A program made the position numbers and the translations under genes. Under the pieces are notes generated by a model that made no database searches, was not told the origin of the DNA, and saw only the letters and a list, made by a program, of their open reading frames with translations. Of a DNA stretch of 64,000 nucleotides, positions 23,607 to 32,214 are shown piece after piece; the first letter of the stretch is position 1, and each line of letters starts with the position of its first letter. Origin of the DNA: an uncultured Acidimicrobiales bacterium (GTDB lineage: Bacteria > Actinomycetota > Acidimicrobiia > Acidimicrobiales > SZUA-35); contig CAVOYW010000005.1 of the NCBI GenBank assembly GCA_963700755.1, positions 732,026-796,025 of the forward strand, given 5' to 3'.

Positions 23607-23890
23607 GGATGGCCACGTCCGGCCGGTGGGTCAGCGGCTCGCCGGGACGACCGCAACGACATCCAGCAGGGTTTCGCCAGCAATGAGATCGACACGTACG
23701 AGCACGACATCGAGTGGAAGGACGGGGCAGCGGCCCCGGTCGACGACCTGCTCGTCGACTGGCTCGGGTTCCGGGACTATCCGGCCATGATGACGGTGCG
23801 GGCCGACAAGCTCGAGGAACTGAGCCCGTGTCTCGAGCTCTTCGTGCCGATGCAGGCCCAGGCCTGGGTCGACTACCTGGAGGCCCGACG
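23607..23890 (+). CDS. hypothetical protein fragment, boundaries unresolved
   Basis: The only protein-like reading of 23,650-23,890 is + strand ...FASNEIDTYEHDIEWKDGAAAPVDDLLVDWLGFRDYPAMMTVRADKLEELSPCLELFVPMQAQAWVDYLEA. There is no convincing start, and no stop in any + frame before it runs into the convergent VOC remnant. Confidence 0.3.
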
Positions 23891-23903
23891 CCGATCACCC
23901 CGC

Positions 23904-24134
23904 TCATCGGGATCGACGATCGGCATCGCAGTCCAGATCCAGGTGCATCGAGCCCGGTCGTGTGGCCCCGCGTTGCCGGCCGAGCCGACGATCACCGGAC
24001 GGGTCGGACAGCACGATCCAGCGATCGACGTCCTCGCGCTCGGTCTCGACCAGGCCCAGGGTCGATCGCCAGAAGTCGGCACGTCGGTCCGGATTCGACG
24101 AATCCCGCGTGACGAGGTCGAATCGGCTGGTCAT
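23904..24134 (-). pseudogene. VOC/glyoxalase-like domain protein, truncated
   Basis: MTSRFDLVTRDSSNPDRRADFWRSTLGLVETEREDVDRWIVLSDPSGDRRLG.QRG...GSMHLDLDC matches the first two-thirds of glyoxalase-like domain proteins. It stops after 76 aa and the C-terminal beta-strands are missing. Confidence 0.45.
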
Positions 24135-24294
24135 GGGCACAAGTTGGCCGGGGGTCGGACGCGACTGCCGAGCCGATCGGGGCGGTGGGGTAATTCGGGT
24201 TCGCCGGATGCCGAAGTTGCCGGGGGCTGTCCCGACCGGGCCGGCCTGCCGGAGCAATCCCGGCGACCTCGTGAGACAAAGGATCTGTGGCCAG

Positions 24295-25972
24295 GTGCGA
24301 CCGACGATCTCGCTGACCAGACTCGGGCGGCTGCTGGTGGCCGGTGGCCTCGGCGTTCTGTGGACGGCCGGCCCATTGGCTCGACCCGGATCGGCCGACC
24401 CCGTTGCCGGCGACGTCGTGGTCTCGGCCGAGGTCTACACGACATCGACCAACTGCTCGAACACCGCCGAGCTCCGGGATGCCACCGATGCGCTCGACAT
24501 CGAATGGCGTTCGCTGGTCGCCGCGGATCGGTACGTGGTCGGTGAGATGGGTCTGGACACCGAGGCCGATCCGACTCCGAATCCGACGTCGATCACGTTC
24601 GGCGCGCTCGATCTGGTCGTTGACGTGTCGAAGTACGACGTGTCGCCGGACGTTGCGGAGTCGACCGATCCCGAATCGTGGGGTGTGGTCGACGTGGCGT
24701 CTCCGGCGGATCCCACGTTGGCCCGATCCGAGACACTTCAGGACTGTGCCCCACGACCCTCCCGGGCCTACGCCTCCGAGGCCGATGATCGACCCGTCCA
24801 GTGGAACGCCACGGCCGGCGACGGCGACTCGTTGGATGCGGTCCTGTTCGAGTTCGATTCTCCGATCTCTGCATTCGGTGCCTGGTTCGGTGACGTCGAG
24901 ACCCGGACCGACGGTGAGGGCCGGCCGGCCCTCGTGAAACTCTTCGACGCCGACGGAAACGTGCTGACGGTCGAGGCCCTCACCCCCGATCGGGCCGCCC
25001 CCCTCGTCGACGACCCGAGCGGGCGCCGCGAATGTGGCGGCCGCCAGGATTCGGACGCGTTGGCCTGTGGCAACCAGGCAACCCGCTTCATCGGATTCGC
25101 CACCGCCGAACCCGTCGTGGTCCGCATGATGGTGATCGTCGGTGACGACGACTCCTGTGCCGACGGCGGCGAATGTGACGGTTCGTCCGAGCACCTCTCC
25201 TTCGTCGCCCCCCAGGTCGCGGTCTTCGACACCCCACCGACGACATCGACCTCCCGCTCGGCCGAGACGACGGTCCCGTCTTCGACCACGTCGCCGCCGA
25301 CGACCGTCTCGACGGCACCGGTCTCGACAGTCCCGGTCTTGATGGTCCCGAGCTCGACGGCCGCCCCGACCACGGTTGTTCCCACCACGGTTGTTCCGAC
25401 CACGGCCGTCGTGGTCTCGACGGTCCAGGGCTCGACCATCCCGGTCTCGACGGCCGCCCCGACCACGGTTGTTCCCACCACGGTTGTTCCCACCACGGCC
25501 GTCCTGGTCTCGACGGTCCAGGGCTCGACCATCCCGGTCTCGACGGCCCACCTCGACCACGGCCGTCACTCCGACCACGGCCACCTCGACCGCGAACGCC
25601 CCCACCACCACGACCGCTCCCGCAACGACGACGAGTGTGTTGCCACTGGTCCCGCTGGTGCAGAGCACGACGACGGCTTCGGTGCCGGGACTGTTCCTGC
25701 CGGCGTCGGACCTCGACCCGATCGATGCCGGCGAGCTGGTCGACGGGGCCCCAGTCGACGGCGCCCCGGTCGATGCGACGGCGCCCATCGCGATCGAGGT
25801 CGCTCCGGCGTCAACCGTTGTCGCCGGACTGAGCGCCGGTGCCGCACCCGACGAACTGCCGCTCACCGGATCGTCATCGACCTTGTCGATCACGCTCGGA
25901 CTCGGCCTGATCTCCTGCGGGACGGTGCTCATGTCGGCGTCGCGTCGCTCCGGAGCCACGCCGGCGAGCTGA
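24295..25972 (+). pseudogene. LPXTG-anchored cell-surface protein with Thr/Pro-rich repeats (one frameshift about 25,546)
   Basis: Signal peptide VRPTISLTRLGRLLVAGGLGVLWTAGPLARPGSA|DP, an unknown ~300-aa Cys-containing domain, then a T/P/V-rich stalk. After the frame switch the C-terminus reads ...DELPLTGSSSTLSITLGLGLISCGTVLMSASRRSG (LPLTG + TM + basic tail). Confidence 0.75.
25354..25539 (+). repeat. 2 x 93-bp near-identical tandem repeat inside the surface-protein gene
   Basis: The unit tcgacggccgccccgaccacggttgttcccaccacggttgttcc.accacggccgtc.tggtctcgacggtccagggctcgaccatcccggtc occurs at 25354 and 25447 with 2 mismatches. A third, diverged copy starts at 25540. Encodes STAAPTTVVPTTVVPTTAV.VSTVQGSTIPV. 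Confidence 0.9.
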
Positions 25973-25975
25973 GCG

Positions 25976-26860
25976 CTACCGGGCTGGGCGCCCGATGGCG
26001 GCGAAGTAGTTCGCGGCCAGGAGTGCCTTGGTCGCCGGAGCGATGAGGTCGCCGAAGCGCAGGGCCTCGTCGTTGCCGACCGCCGCCCACAGCCGAACGG
26101 AGTCACGGTTGGTCGCGGCCTCGATCTCGGCTCGGGAATCCCGTCCGTGATCGGTGAGGTCACCCTGGTCGTCGAGCCAGCCGCGTTCGGTCAGCCGGTC
26201 GACGGCTGCGGTCCAATCGACGTCGGACCAGGCCCTCGACTTCTGGACGACACCTCGGCGGCCGGTCATGACCTCTGACACCACGGTGCACTCGGCGCCG
26301 TCGAGTGGTGCCGTGAGGAGCAGCGCGATGTGGCCGTCGCCTCGCCATTCGCGTATCACGGTCACCAGTTGCCAGAGGCGAAGCAGGCGATCCGATGCGA
26401 GGTCACCGGTCTCGAGGTCGGCGAGCGCGGCAGCGTTGCCGGCGGCCAGGGGGCGGCCCGACCAGTTCAGCGAACCGACGACGCGTTCGGCGATGTCGAG
26501 CGCCGCGTCGATGTCGTCGTCGGTCATGGCCGGCCGGACGACGGCGTCGAGGACCTGCTTGGCCCCTCGCCAGCGCGCGGTCTGGAGGTCTCGGGCCGAG
26601 ATCCTGTCCCACATCCCGTCCATCGACGGCACCACCAGATCGGGACTGAAGTTGTAGAACGTGGCGATGACCATCTCGGTTGGGAGCGGCCCCATCGCTG
26701 CGGTCCGCGAGCCGAAGTAGCCGCTGCGGCCCTCGACGCCCAGCTTCGCGTAGTGCTCGGCCGCTTCGGGTGAGAAATAGATGAAGGCGTGGAGCAGGGT
26801 GGTCTGGTCGTGGAGTTTGGCCACGGTCTCGACCGAGGGCAGGGAAGCGGGGTTCGTCAT
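25976..26860 (-). CDS. conserved-looking hypothetical protein
   Basis: 294 aa from ATG 26860 (MTNPASLPSVETVAKLHDQTTLLHAFIYFSPEAAEHYAKLGVEGRSGYFGSRTAAMGP...). Balanced composition, no motif I can name. The upstream 280 codons of the ORF look like non-coding read-through. Confidence 0.6.
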   Translation of the reverse strand: MTNPASLPSVETVAKLHDQTTLLHAFIYFSPEAAEHYAKLGVEGRSGYFGSRTAAMGPLPTEMVIATFYNFSPDLVVPSMDGMWDRISARDLQTARWRGAKQVLDAVVRPAMTDDDIDAALDIAERVVGSLNWSGRPLAAGNAAALADLETGDLASDRLLRLWQLVTVIREWRGDGHIALLLTAPLDGAECTVVSEVMTGRRGVVQKSRAWSDVDWTAAVDRLTERGWLDDQGDLTDHGRDSRAEIEAATNRDSVRLWAAVGNDEALRFGDLIAPATKALLAANYFAAIGRPAR

Positions 26861-26974
26861 GTCGGAAACGTAGTGGACGCACGTGGCGGCCGACATGTGG
26901 TGGACGGAGGTGGAGGCGCAAACGTGGTCGTCCCGTTGTCGGGCCGGGTGGGATCGCGGGCAGAATACGAAGCG

Positions 26975-27394
26975 ATGCCTGCCCGTCCACCGGCCGAACT
27001 GGGACGCCTCGTCCGGCTGTTCCGTGACGCGCCCGAAGACCTGCGGGTTGCCGGGCTGCACGATCACGGCCACCGGCTGCCGCCGCTGCCCGACGGTGTG
27101 ACCACCGACGACATGGAGCAGGTGACCGAATGCCAGGCGCCGGTGTTCGTTCTCGCCGAGCTGCTCGACGATGCCACCGTGTCGGTGTCGATCTCGTGTC
27201 CGCCCGAGGCTCCGACCACTCGGGGCTTTGCGGCCGTGGTGTACGAAGGGGTGAACGGGGCCACCCTCGACGAGGTGCTGGCCATTCCCGACGACCTGTA
27301 TCGCCACCTCGGAATCGATGCCGTCGTCACCGGCCAGCGCCTCGACGGCATGGAGGCCCTGATCCGACGGTTGAAACGTCAACTCACTTCCTGA
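26975..27394 (+). CDS. sufE: SufE-like sulfur acceptor protein
   Basis: 139 aa from ATG 26975. VTECQAPVFVL (conserved Cys loop) and GLDAVVTGQRLDGMEALIRRLK-type C-terminus. Confidence 0.7.
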   Translation: MPARPPAELGRLVRLFRDAPEDLRVAGLHDHGHRLPPLPDGVTTDDMEQVTECQAPVFVLAELLDDATVSVSISCPPEAPTTRGFAAVVYEGVNGATLDEVLAIPDDLYRHLGIDAVVTGQRLDGMEALIRRLKRQLTS

Positions 27395-27686
27395 CACCCC
27401 GGATCGGCTGCCCCCGCAGCAGCACGCCACGCCCTCTCCCAGCCCAATGCTCGCTCTCGGCACCCACGATCCGGTCCGAGCCCACGAGGTGAGGGGGCTG
27501 CGTCGTTTCCCGTGGTTCCGAGGGGACTCCGTTCGCCGCAGGGTGCGGCGCCTCCCCAGTGGTCCGGGATCGGACGGTGGCTCCTCGCTTCGTGCGGCTG
27601 GGGAGTTGGGTGGGGTGCGGTGCGCGGGCCCGGGCCTGGGCCGGGGGTGTTGGGGTGCGGGGGACGGTCCGCAAGACGGGGAGTGG

Positions 27687-27720
27687 TTGCAATAGATCAC
27701 TCGACAGTTATAGAGTGATC
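27687..27720 (+). promoter_or_regulatory. arsR promoter (TTGCAA-18-TAGAGT) overlapped by an 8-bp inverted-repeat operator; probably leaderless
   Basis: TTGCAA 27687-27692, TAGAGT 27711-27716, ATG at 27724 (7 nt after the -10). Inverted repeat gatcactc(27695-27702)-N10-gagtgatc(27713-27720). Confidence 0.5.
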
Positions 27721-27723
27721 GAC

Positions 27724-28053
27724 ATGCCCGATGCCCTGCCCGACGAACTGCTCGAACATGTTGCCGAACGCTTCCGGGTCCTCGGCGATGCCACCCGACT
27801 GTCGATCATCTCGGCATTGATCGACAACGGCGAACAGAATGTCGGACAGTTGGTCGACCTGCTGGGCGCCGGCCAGGCGAATGTCTCGAAGCACCTGCGG
27901 GTGCTGCACGATGCGGGCATCGTCAGTCGTCGCCCCGAGGGGACGGCGGCCTACTACTCGGTGACCGACCCCAGTCTGATGTCGTTGTGTTCGACGGTCT
28001 GTCAGCGCCTGCGCGATCAGGTCGCCGACGACGCCCGCACCTTCGCCGTCTGA
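27724..28053 (+). CDS. ArsR/SmtB family transcriptional regulator
   Basis: 109 aa. FRVLGDATRLSIISALIDNGEQNVGQLVDLLGAGQANVSKHLRVLHDAGIV is the canonical winged-HTH of ArsR/SmtB. Confidence 0.9.
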   Translation: MPDALPDELLEHVAERFRVLGDATRLSIISALIDNGEQNVGQLVDLLGAGQANVSKHLRVLHDAGIVSRRPEGTAAYYSVTDPSLMSLCSTVCQRLRDQVADDARTFAV

Positions 28054-28153
28054 CCGCCGTCCGACCGACCCCGTCGGCCGGGTACCCCGTTCACCTCCCA
28101 TCACGGCCAGCACGCCACGACACGGCTCTTCATCACGACACGGCATTTCTTCT

Positions 28154-28200
28154 CCACACCGCATTCCCTTCCACACCGCATTCCCTTCCACACCGCATTT
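28154..28200. repeat. 2.8 copies of a 17-bp direct repeat (ccacaccgcattccctt) upstream of mmpL
   Basis: Copies at 28154, 28171 and 28188 (partial), preceded by related units (cacgacacggc x2). Embedded in a G-poor, C/A-rich 178-bp intergenic region. Confidence 0.8.
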
Positions 28201-28231
28201 CATCACTACATAGTCAAGGAGTCATCGAATC

Positions 28232-30334
28232 ATGGACATCGATCACACACCACTGGCCCGACTGGGCCGATGGTCACACCGATCCCGACGGCTCGTCATC
28301 GTCACCTGGGCCGTCCTCGCCGTCGGTCTCGGCGTGTTCGCCCCGGCCCTCGAGCATGCGTTGTCGGGCGCCATGTGGGAGGTCAAGGGCAGCGACTCGC
28401 TGGCCGCACGAGAGGTCATCGACGAACAGTTCGGTGGCCTGTCGTCGCAGTCGGCGGTGATCGTGATCCACAGCGACTCCATGACCATCGACTCGCCCGA
28501 GTTCCAGGCCGTGATCGCCGACGCCAACGCGATCCTCGACTCGGAGTCGGCATTCGGGCCGCCGATGCCGGCCCAGCCCGGCATGGACGGGCAGACCGTG
28601 ATGATCCAGGCCGGTGCCATCGTCGACCCGACCGAAGCCGTCAAGGCGGCCGAGCGGATCCACGATGACGTCGGCGCCCTGTCGACCGTCGACGACGGGG
28701 GAGACCTGACCGTCGCCCTCACCGGCTCACCGGCGTTCTGGGGTGACTTCAACGCGGTCAATCGTGAGGGCATGGTCAAGGCCGAGATCCTCACGTGGCC
28801 GGTCACGGCGGTGATCCTGGTCCTCGCCTTCGGCACGCTCGCCGCCGCCGGTCTCCCGCTGCTGCTGACCGCCGCCGGTCTCCTGGCCTCGATGGGGGTG
28901 CTCTACGGCATCACCCGGTTCACCGACCTGTCGATCTGGACCCTCAACTTCGCCATGATGTTCGCGCTCGCCCTCGGCATCGACTACGCCCTCTTCATCG
29001 TCACCCGCTATCGGGCGGCGCTCCATGCCCATCCCGACGATCCGCAACATGCCGTCGGCATCACCATGGACACCGCAGGCAAGGCCGTGCTCTTCTCGGG
29101 GCTCACCGTGTTGATCAGCCTCTCGGCCGTGCTGCTGGTGCCGATCCCGGCCTTCCAGTCGATGGCCGCAGGCATGATGCTGTCGGTCGGGTTCGTGCTC
29201 CTCGCCGCCCTCACCCTCCTGCCCGCCCTGCTCGGCCCGGGTATCGACCGGTTCGCGCTCCCGTGGCACCGCGTCGGTGACCACCGGAGCCCGGCCTTCG
29301 AGCGGTTCGCAGCGCGGATCGAGGCCCGTCGGGTGGTCGTCGCCGTGGCCGCCGTGGCCATCCTGCTGGGTCTGGCAGCGCCGTTGCTCGGCCTGAAAAC
29401 GGGTATGCCGGGCATCACCGTGCTCCCCGAGGACGAGCAGGCCCGGCAGGGATACGACCTCCTGTCGCAAGCGTTCGGGCCGGGCGGTCCGGGCCCGATC
29501 CAGGTCGTCGTGCCCGCCGGGGCCGACGCCGCAGCGGTGGCCGAGCAGGTCGGATCCACGCCGGGCATCGCCATGGCGTTCCCGCCTCAACCCGGCGCCG
29601 ATGGAGCGTCCCTCATCCAGGCGGTCTCCGCCTATGACCCGTCGTCGCCCGAGATCATCGGGGTCATCGAGACCATGCGGGCCGGACTCCCGTCCGGGGT
29701 ACTGGTCGGTGGCCCGGTGGCCGAGAACGTCGACCTCGACGACACGCTCGGGGCCAAGGCGCCTCTGGTGATCGGCGTGGTCCTGGTGCTCGGATTCCTG
29801 CTGCTCGTCCTCGCCCTGCAGGCCGTGATCGTGGCTGCCGTCGGCGTCGTGTTCAACCTGCTGTCGGTCGGCGCGGCCTTCGGGGTCGGGGCGCTCGCCT
29901 TCCAGCACGGCTGGGCCGCGGGCCCGATGGGCTTCGAGAGCCAGGGATACCTCACCTCGTGGGCCCCGCTGTTCTTCTTCACGCTCGTGTTCGCCATCTC
30001 GATGGACTACACGGTCTTCCTGCTGGCCTCGACCCGTGAGCACTTCGAGCGGTCCGGAGACGCATCCGAGGCGATCCGGGGGTCGATCGCCCATACCGGT
30101 CGGCCGATCGTTGCCGCCGCCGGGGTGATGATCGGGGTCTTCTACACCTTCGCCATCGCCGGGACCCTGCCCATGAAGGAGATGGGGCTCATCCTCGGCA
30201 CCGCGGTGCTGCTCGACGCCTTCCTGATCCGGCTCGTCCTGGTGCCGGCGGTGCTGTCGATGATCGGTGAGAAGGCGTGGTGGCTGCCTCGGGCCGTCGG
30301 CCGGGTGCTGCCCAAGGTGGCCTTCGCCCACTGA
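28232..30334 (+). CDS. MMPL family (RND superfamily) transporter
   Basis: 700 aa. aaggag SD. Two 6-TM bundles with two extracytoplasmic loops. Typical MMPL N-terminus LARLGRWSHRSRRLVIVTWAVLAV... Confidence 0.9.
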   Translation: MDIDHTPLARLGRWSHRSRRLVIVTWAVLAVGLGVFAPALEHALSGAMWEVKGSDSLAAREVIDEQFGGLSSQSAVIVIHSDSMTIDSPEFQAVIADANAILDSESAFGPPMPAQPGMDGQTVMIQAGAIVDPTEAVKAAERIHDDVGALSTVDDGGDLTVALTGSPAFWGDFNAVNREGMVKAEILTWPVTAVILVLAFGTLAAAGLPLLLTAAGLLASMGVLYGITRFTDLSIWTLNFAMMFALALGIDYALFIVTRYRAALHAHPDDPQHAVGITMDTAGKAVLFSGLTVLISLSAVLLVPIPAFQSMAAGMMLSVGFVLLAALTLLPALLGPGIDRFALPWHRVGDHRSPAFERFAARIEARRVVVAVAAVAILLGLAAPLLGLKTGMPGITVLPEDEQARQGYDLLSQAFGPGGPGPIQVVVPAGADAAAVAEQVGSTPGIAMAFPPQPGADGASLIQAVSAYDPSSPEIIGVIETMRAGLPSGVLVGGPVAENVDLDDTLGAKAPLVIGVVLVLGFLLLVLALQAVIVAAVGVVFNLLSVGAAFGVGALAFQHGWAAGPMGFESQGYLTSWAPLFFFTLVFAISMDYTVFLLASTREHFERSGDASEAIRGSIAHTGRPIVAAAGVMIGVFYTFAIAGTLPMKEMGLILGTAVLLDAFLIRLVLVPAVLSMIGEKAWWLPRAVGRVLPKVAFAH

Positions 30335-30345
30335 TCCTGGCTACG

Positions 30346-30386
30346 TTCCTCCGGTCTGGCTGGTCGGTCCAGCTCGACCGGAGGAA
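30346..30386 (+). promoter_or_regulatory. nested stem-loop whose 3' arm contains the SD of the downstream LLM gene
   Basis: ttcctccggtc TG gctgg tcggt ccagc TC gaccggaggaa (11-bp + 5-bp stems). GGAGGA lies 6 nt before ATG 30392. Starts 12 nt after the mmpL stop. Confidence 0.5.
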
Positions 30387-30391
30387 CCGCC

Positions 30392-31273
30392 ATGCGCATC
30401 AGTGCCGCCGGCATGTTCGGCAACAGTCCACGCCGAGACCTCGGCTTCATCCGGGCCTACGCCCAGACGCTGGAGGGTCTCGGGTTCCATGCGCTGCACG
30501 TGCCCGAGCACGTGGTGTTCTTCGGGTCGTACGAATCGAAGTATCCGTACAGCGAGGACGGCTCGGCCAACTGGAGTCCCGACACCGGCCTGTTCGATCC
30601 GCTCTTCGTCGTGCAGGCTGCGGCAGCGGCAACGACGTCGTTGCGCTTCTGCACGGGGGTCCTGATCCTGCCCCAGCGTCCGGCCCTGCTGACGGCCAAG
30701 GAGGTGCTCTCGCTCGACCACCTGACCGGTGGTCGGTTCGAGCTCGGCGTCGGGGCTGGTTGGTCGTCCGAGGAGTACGCCGCTCTGGGCGTGCCGTTCG
30801 CCCGGCGGGGTCGTCGGTTCGACGAGTACATCGAGGCCATCCGGGTCGCCTGGACGCAGGACCGGGCGAGCTACCGGGGCGAGTTCGTTCGGTTCGACGA
30901 CGTGGTCCTCAATCCCAAGCCCCTGACCCCCGGGGGACCGCCGATCGTCATCGGCGGCGACTCCGAGGCGGCGATGCGTCGAGCCGCCCGCCTGGGTGAC
31001 GGTTGGTACGGCTGGTGGGCCCGGGGTGACCTCGCCTCCCACCTCGAACGGCTGCGATCGATCGTGGCCGACGCCGGTCGTTCGGTCGACGACGAGGGCT
31101 TCAGCCTCAAGCTCGGGCTGCCGCTGTCGAACGAATCGGTCGGCGAGTTCGCGGCAAAGGTCGAGACGGCCCGTTCGCTCGGAGTCGAAGAACTCGTGAT
31201 CGCCGGCGCCGTTCCCACGTCGTCGTTCGAGTCGGTTCTGGCCGGCTACGCCGAGGTCTGTGGGTTGACCTGA
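30392..31273 (+). CDS. LLM-class (luciferase-like) F420-dependent oxidoreductase
   Basis: 293 aa. VPEHVVF..., LSLDHLTGGRFELGVGAGWSSEEY and RRGRRFDEYIEAIRVAW are typical of the TIGR03619-like LLM family. Confidence 0.8.
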   Translation: MRISAAGMFGNSPRRDLGFIRAYAQTLEGLGFHALHVPEHVVFFGSYESKYPYSEDGSANWSPDTGLFDPLFVVQAAAAATTSLRFCTGVLILPQRPALLTAKEVLSLDHLTGGRFELGVGAGWSSEEYAALGVPFARRGRRFDEYIEAIRVAWTQDRASYRGEFVRFDDVVLNPKPLTPGGPPIVIGGDSEAAMRRAARLGDGWYGWWARGDLASHLERLRSIVADAGRSVDDEGFSLKLGLPLSNESVGEFAAKVETARSLGVEELVIAGAVPTSSFESVLAGYAEVCGLT

Positions 31274-31332
31274 CCGGCCAGCTCCGACGAGGGGCGATCG
31301 AACGGGGACGCAGTGGCCGCACGGTCGAGCTG

Positions 31333-32004
31333 TCACTCGGCCCGGGTGCGAAGGCGTTGTATCGCCGACCGCTCCCCGGTGGTCACGTTGGCGTCGGCCA
31401 GCCGGTGATCGCAGGCGGCGGGCGTCCAGCGGCGGATCGCCTCCCGCCCACTGCTTCTGGCGAAGGCTCGGACCAGCACCTGCTGGGCGATACGGGTCCG
31501 CAACGAGTCCGCCTCGAACGTCGACATGAGGACGTGGCTGACGGCCGCATCGAAGCCGAGCGGTCCGCGCGATGCGTTGGTCCAGTCGATGACGATCGGC
31601 CCGTCCGATCCCATGATCACGTTCATGGGGTGGAGGTCGAGGTGGAGCACGGCGGGACCATCGGGAACGGTCGATCGCCGGCCGAGCCAGGTCGGTGCCG
31701 AGAGGGCATTGATCGAGCGTTGGAGCGCGGCCAGCAGTCGGGCGTGGCCGACCATACGGCCGGGATGCGCCTCGATGTCCTCCAACATCGTCGGTCCGCT
31801 GATCCGATCCATCACCAGGTCACGACCGCCGGCATCGTGGAGCCGGGGGACGGGTACCCCCTGTTCCCCGAGCCAGGCCATCAACCGGCCCTCCGGACCC
31901 GTGTCGTGATCGGTTCGGTAGCGACGAAGGACCGTCCCGTTGCCGAGGTCGTAGACGTCGGCTGCCCGACCGGATGCGATCAGCGTTCCCGGAGCATCGG
32001 ACAT
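31333..32004 (-). CDS. phosphotransferase (APH/choline-kinase-like) family protein
   Basis: Start at ATG 32004 (MSDAPGTLIASGRAADVYDLGNGTVLRRY). Catalytic loop LHLDLHPMNVIM and IDWTNA. Confidence 0.75.
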   Translation of the reverse strand: MSDAPGTLIASGRAADVYDLGNGTVLRRYRTDHDTGPEGRLMAWLGEQGVPVPRLHDAGGRDLVMDRISGPTMLEDIEAHPGRMVGHARLLAALQRSINALSAPTWLGRRSTVPDGPAVLHLDLHPMNVIMGSDGPIVIDWTNASRGPLGFDAAVSHVLMSTFEADSLRTRIAQQVLVRAFARSSGREAIRRWTPAACDHRLADANVTTGERSAIQRLRTRAE

Positions 32005-32214
32005 CGCGACATCTTGGCCGACCTCGATGTCGAGTTCATGCCGACCGGCGCGAGCCGGTCCGTCGTCGGTCCTCATCGGTTGAGCTGACCGGGGACGATC
32101 CGTTGGGCGAATCGGAACGCCGCCTATGCTTGGCGAACCGAATCCGTCGCTGCAGACGAGTCATGGTCACACCGTCCAGACCGGCTCGTTGGCAACGCCA
32201 AGAGGAGCCACGTC

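Noticed and set aside
25354-25539. Tandem repeats as a CRISPR array or minisatellite
   Set aside because: There are no spacers. The repeats are in-frame coding sequence of the Thr/Pro-rich stalk. No CRISPR-like repeat-spacer architecture occurs anywhere in the window.
27598-27665. G-run-rich tract (ggggagttgggtggggtgcggtgcgcgggcccgggcctgggccgggggtgttggggtgcggggg) as a G-quadruplex element
   Set aside because: G-runs are frequent by chance at this GC content. There is no positional link to a start site beyond lying about 25-90 nt upstream of the arsR promoter. Noted only.
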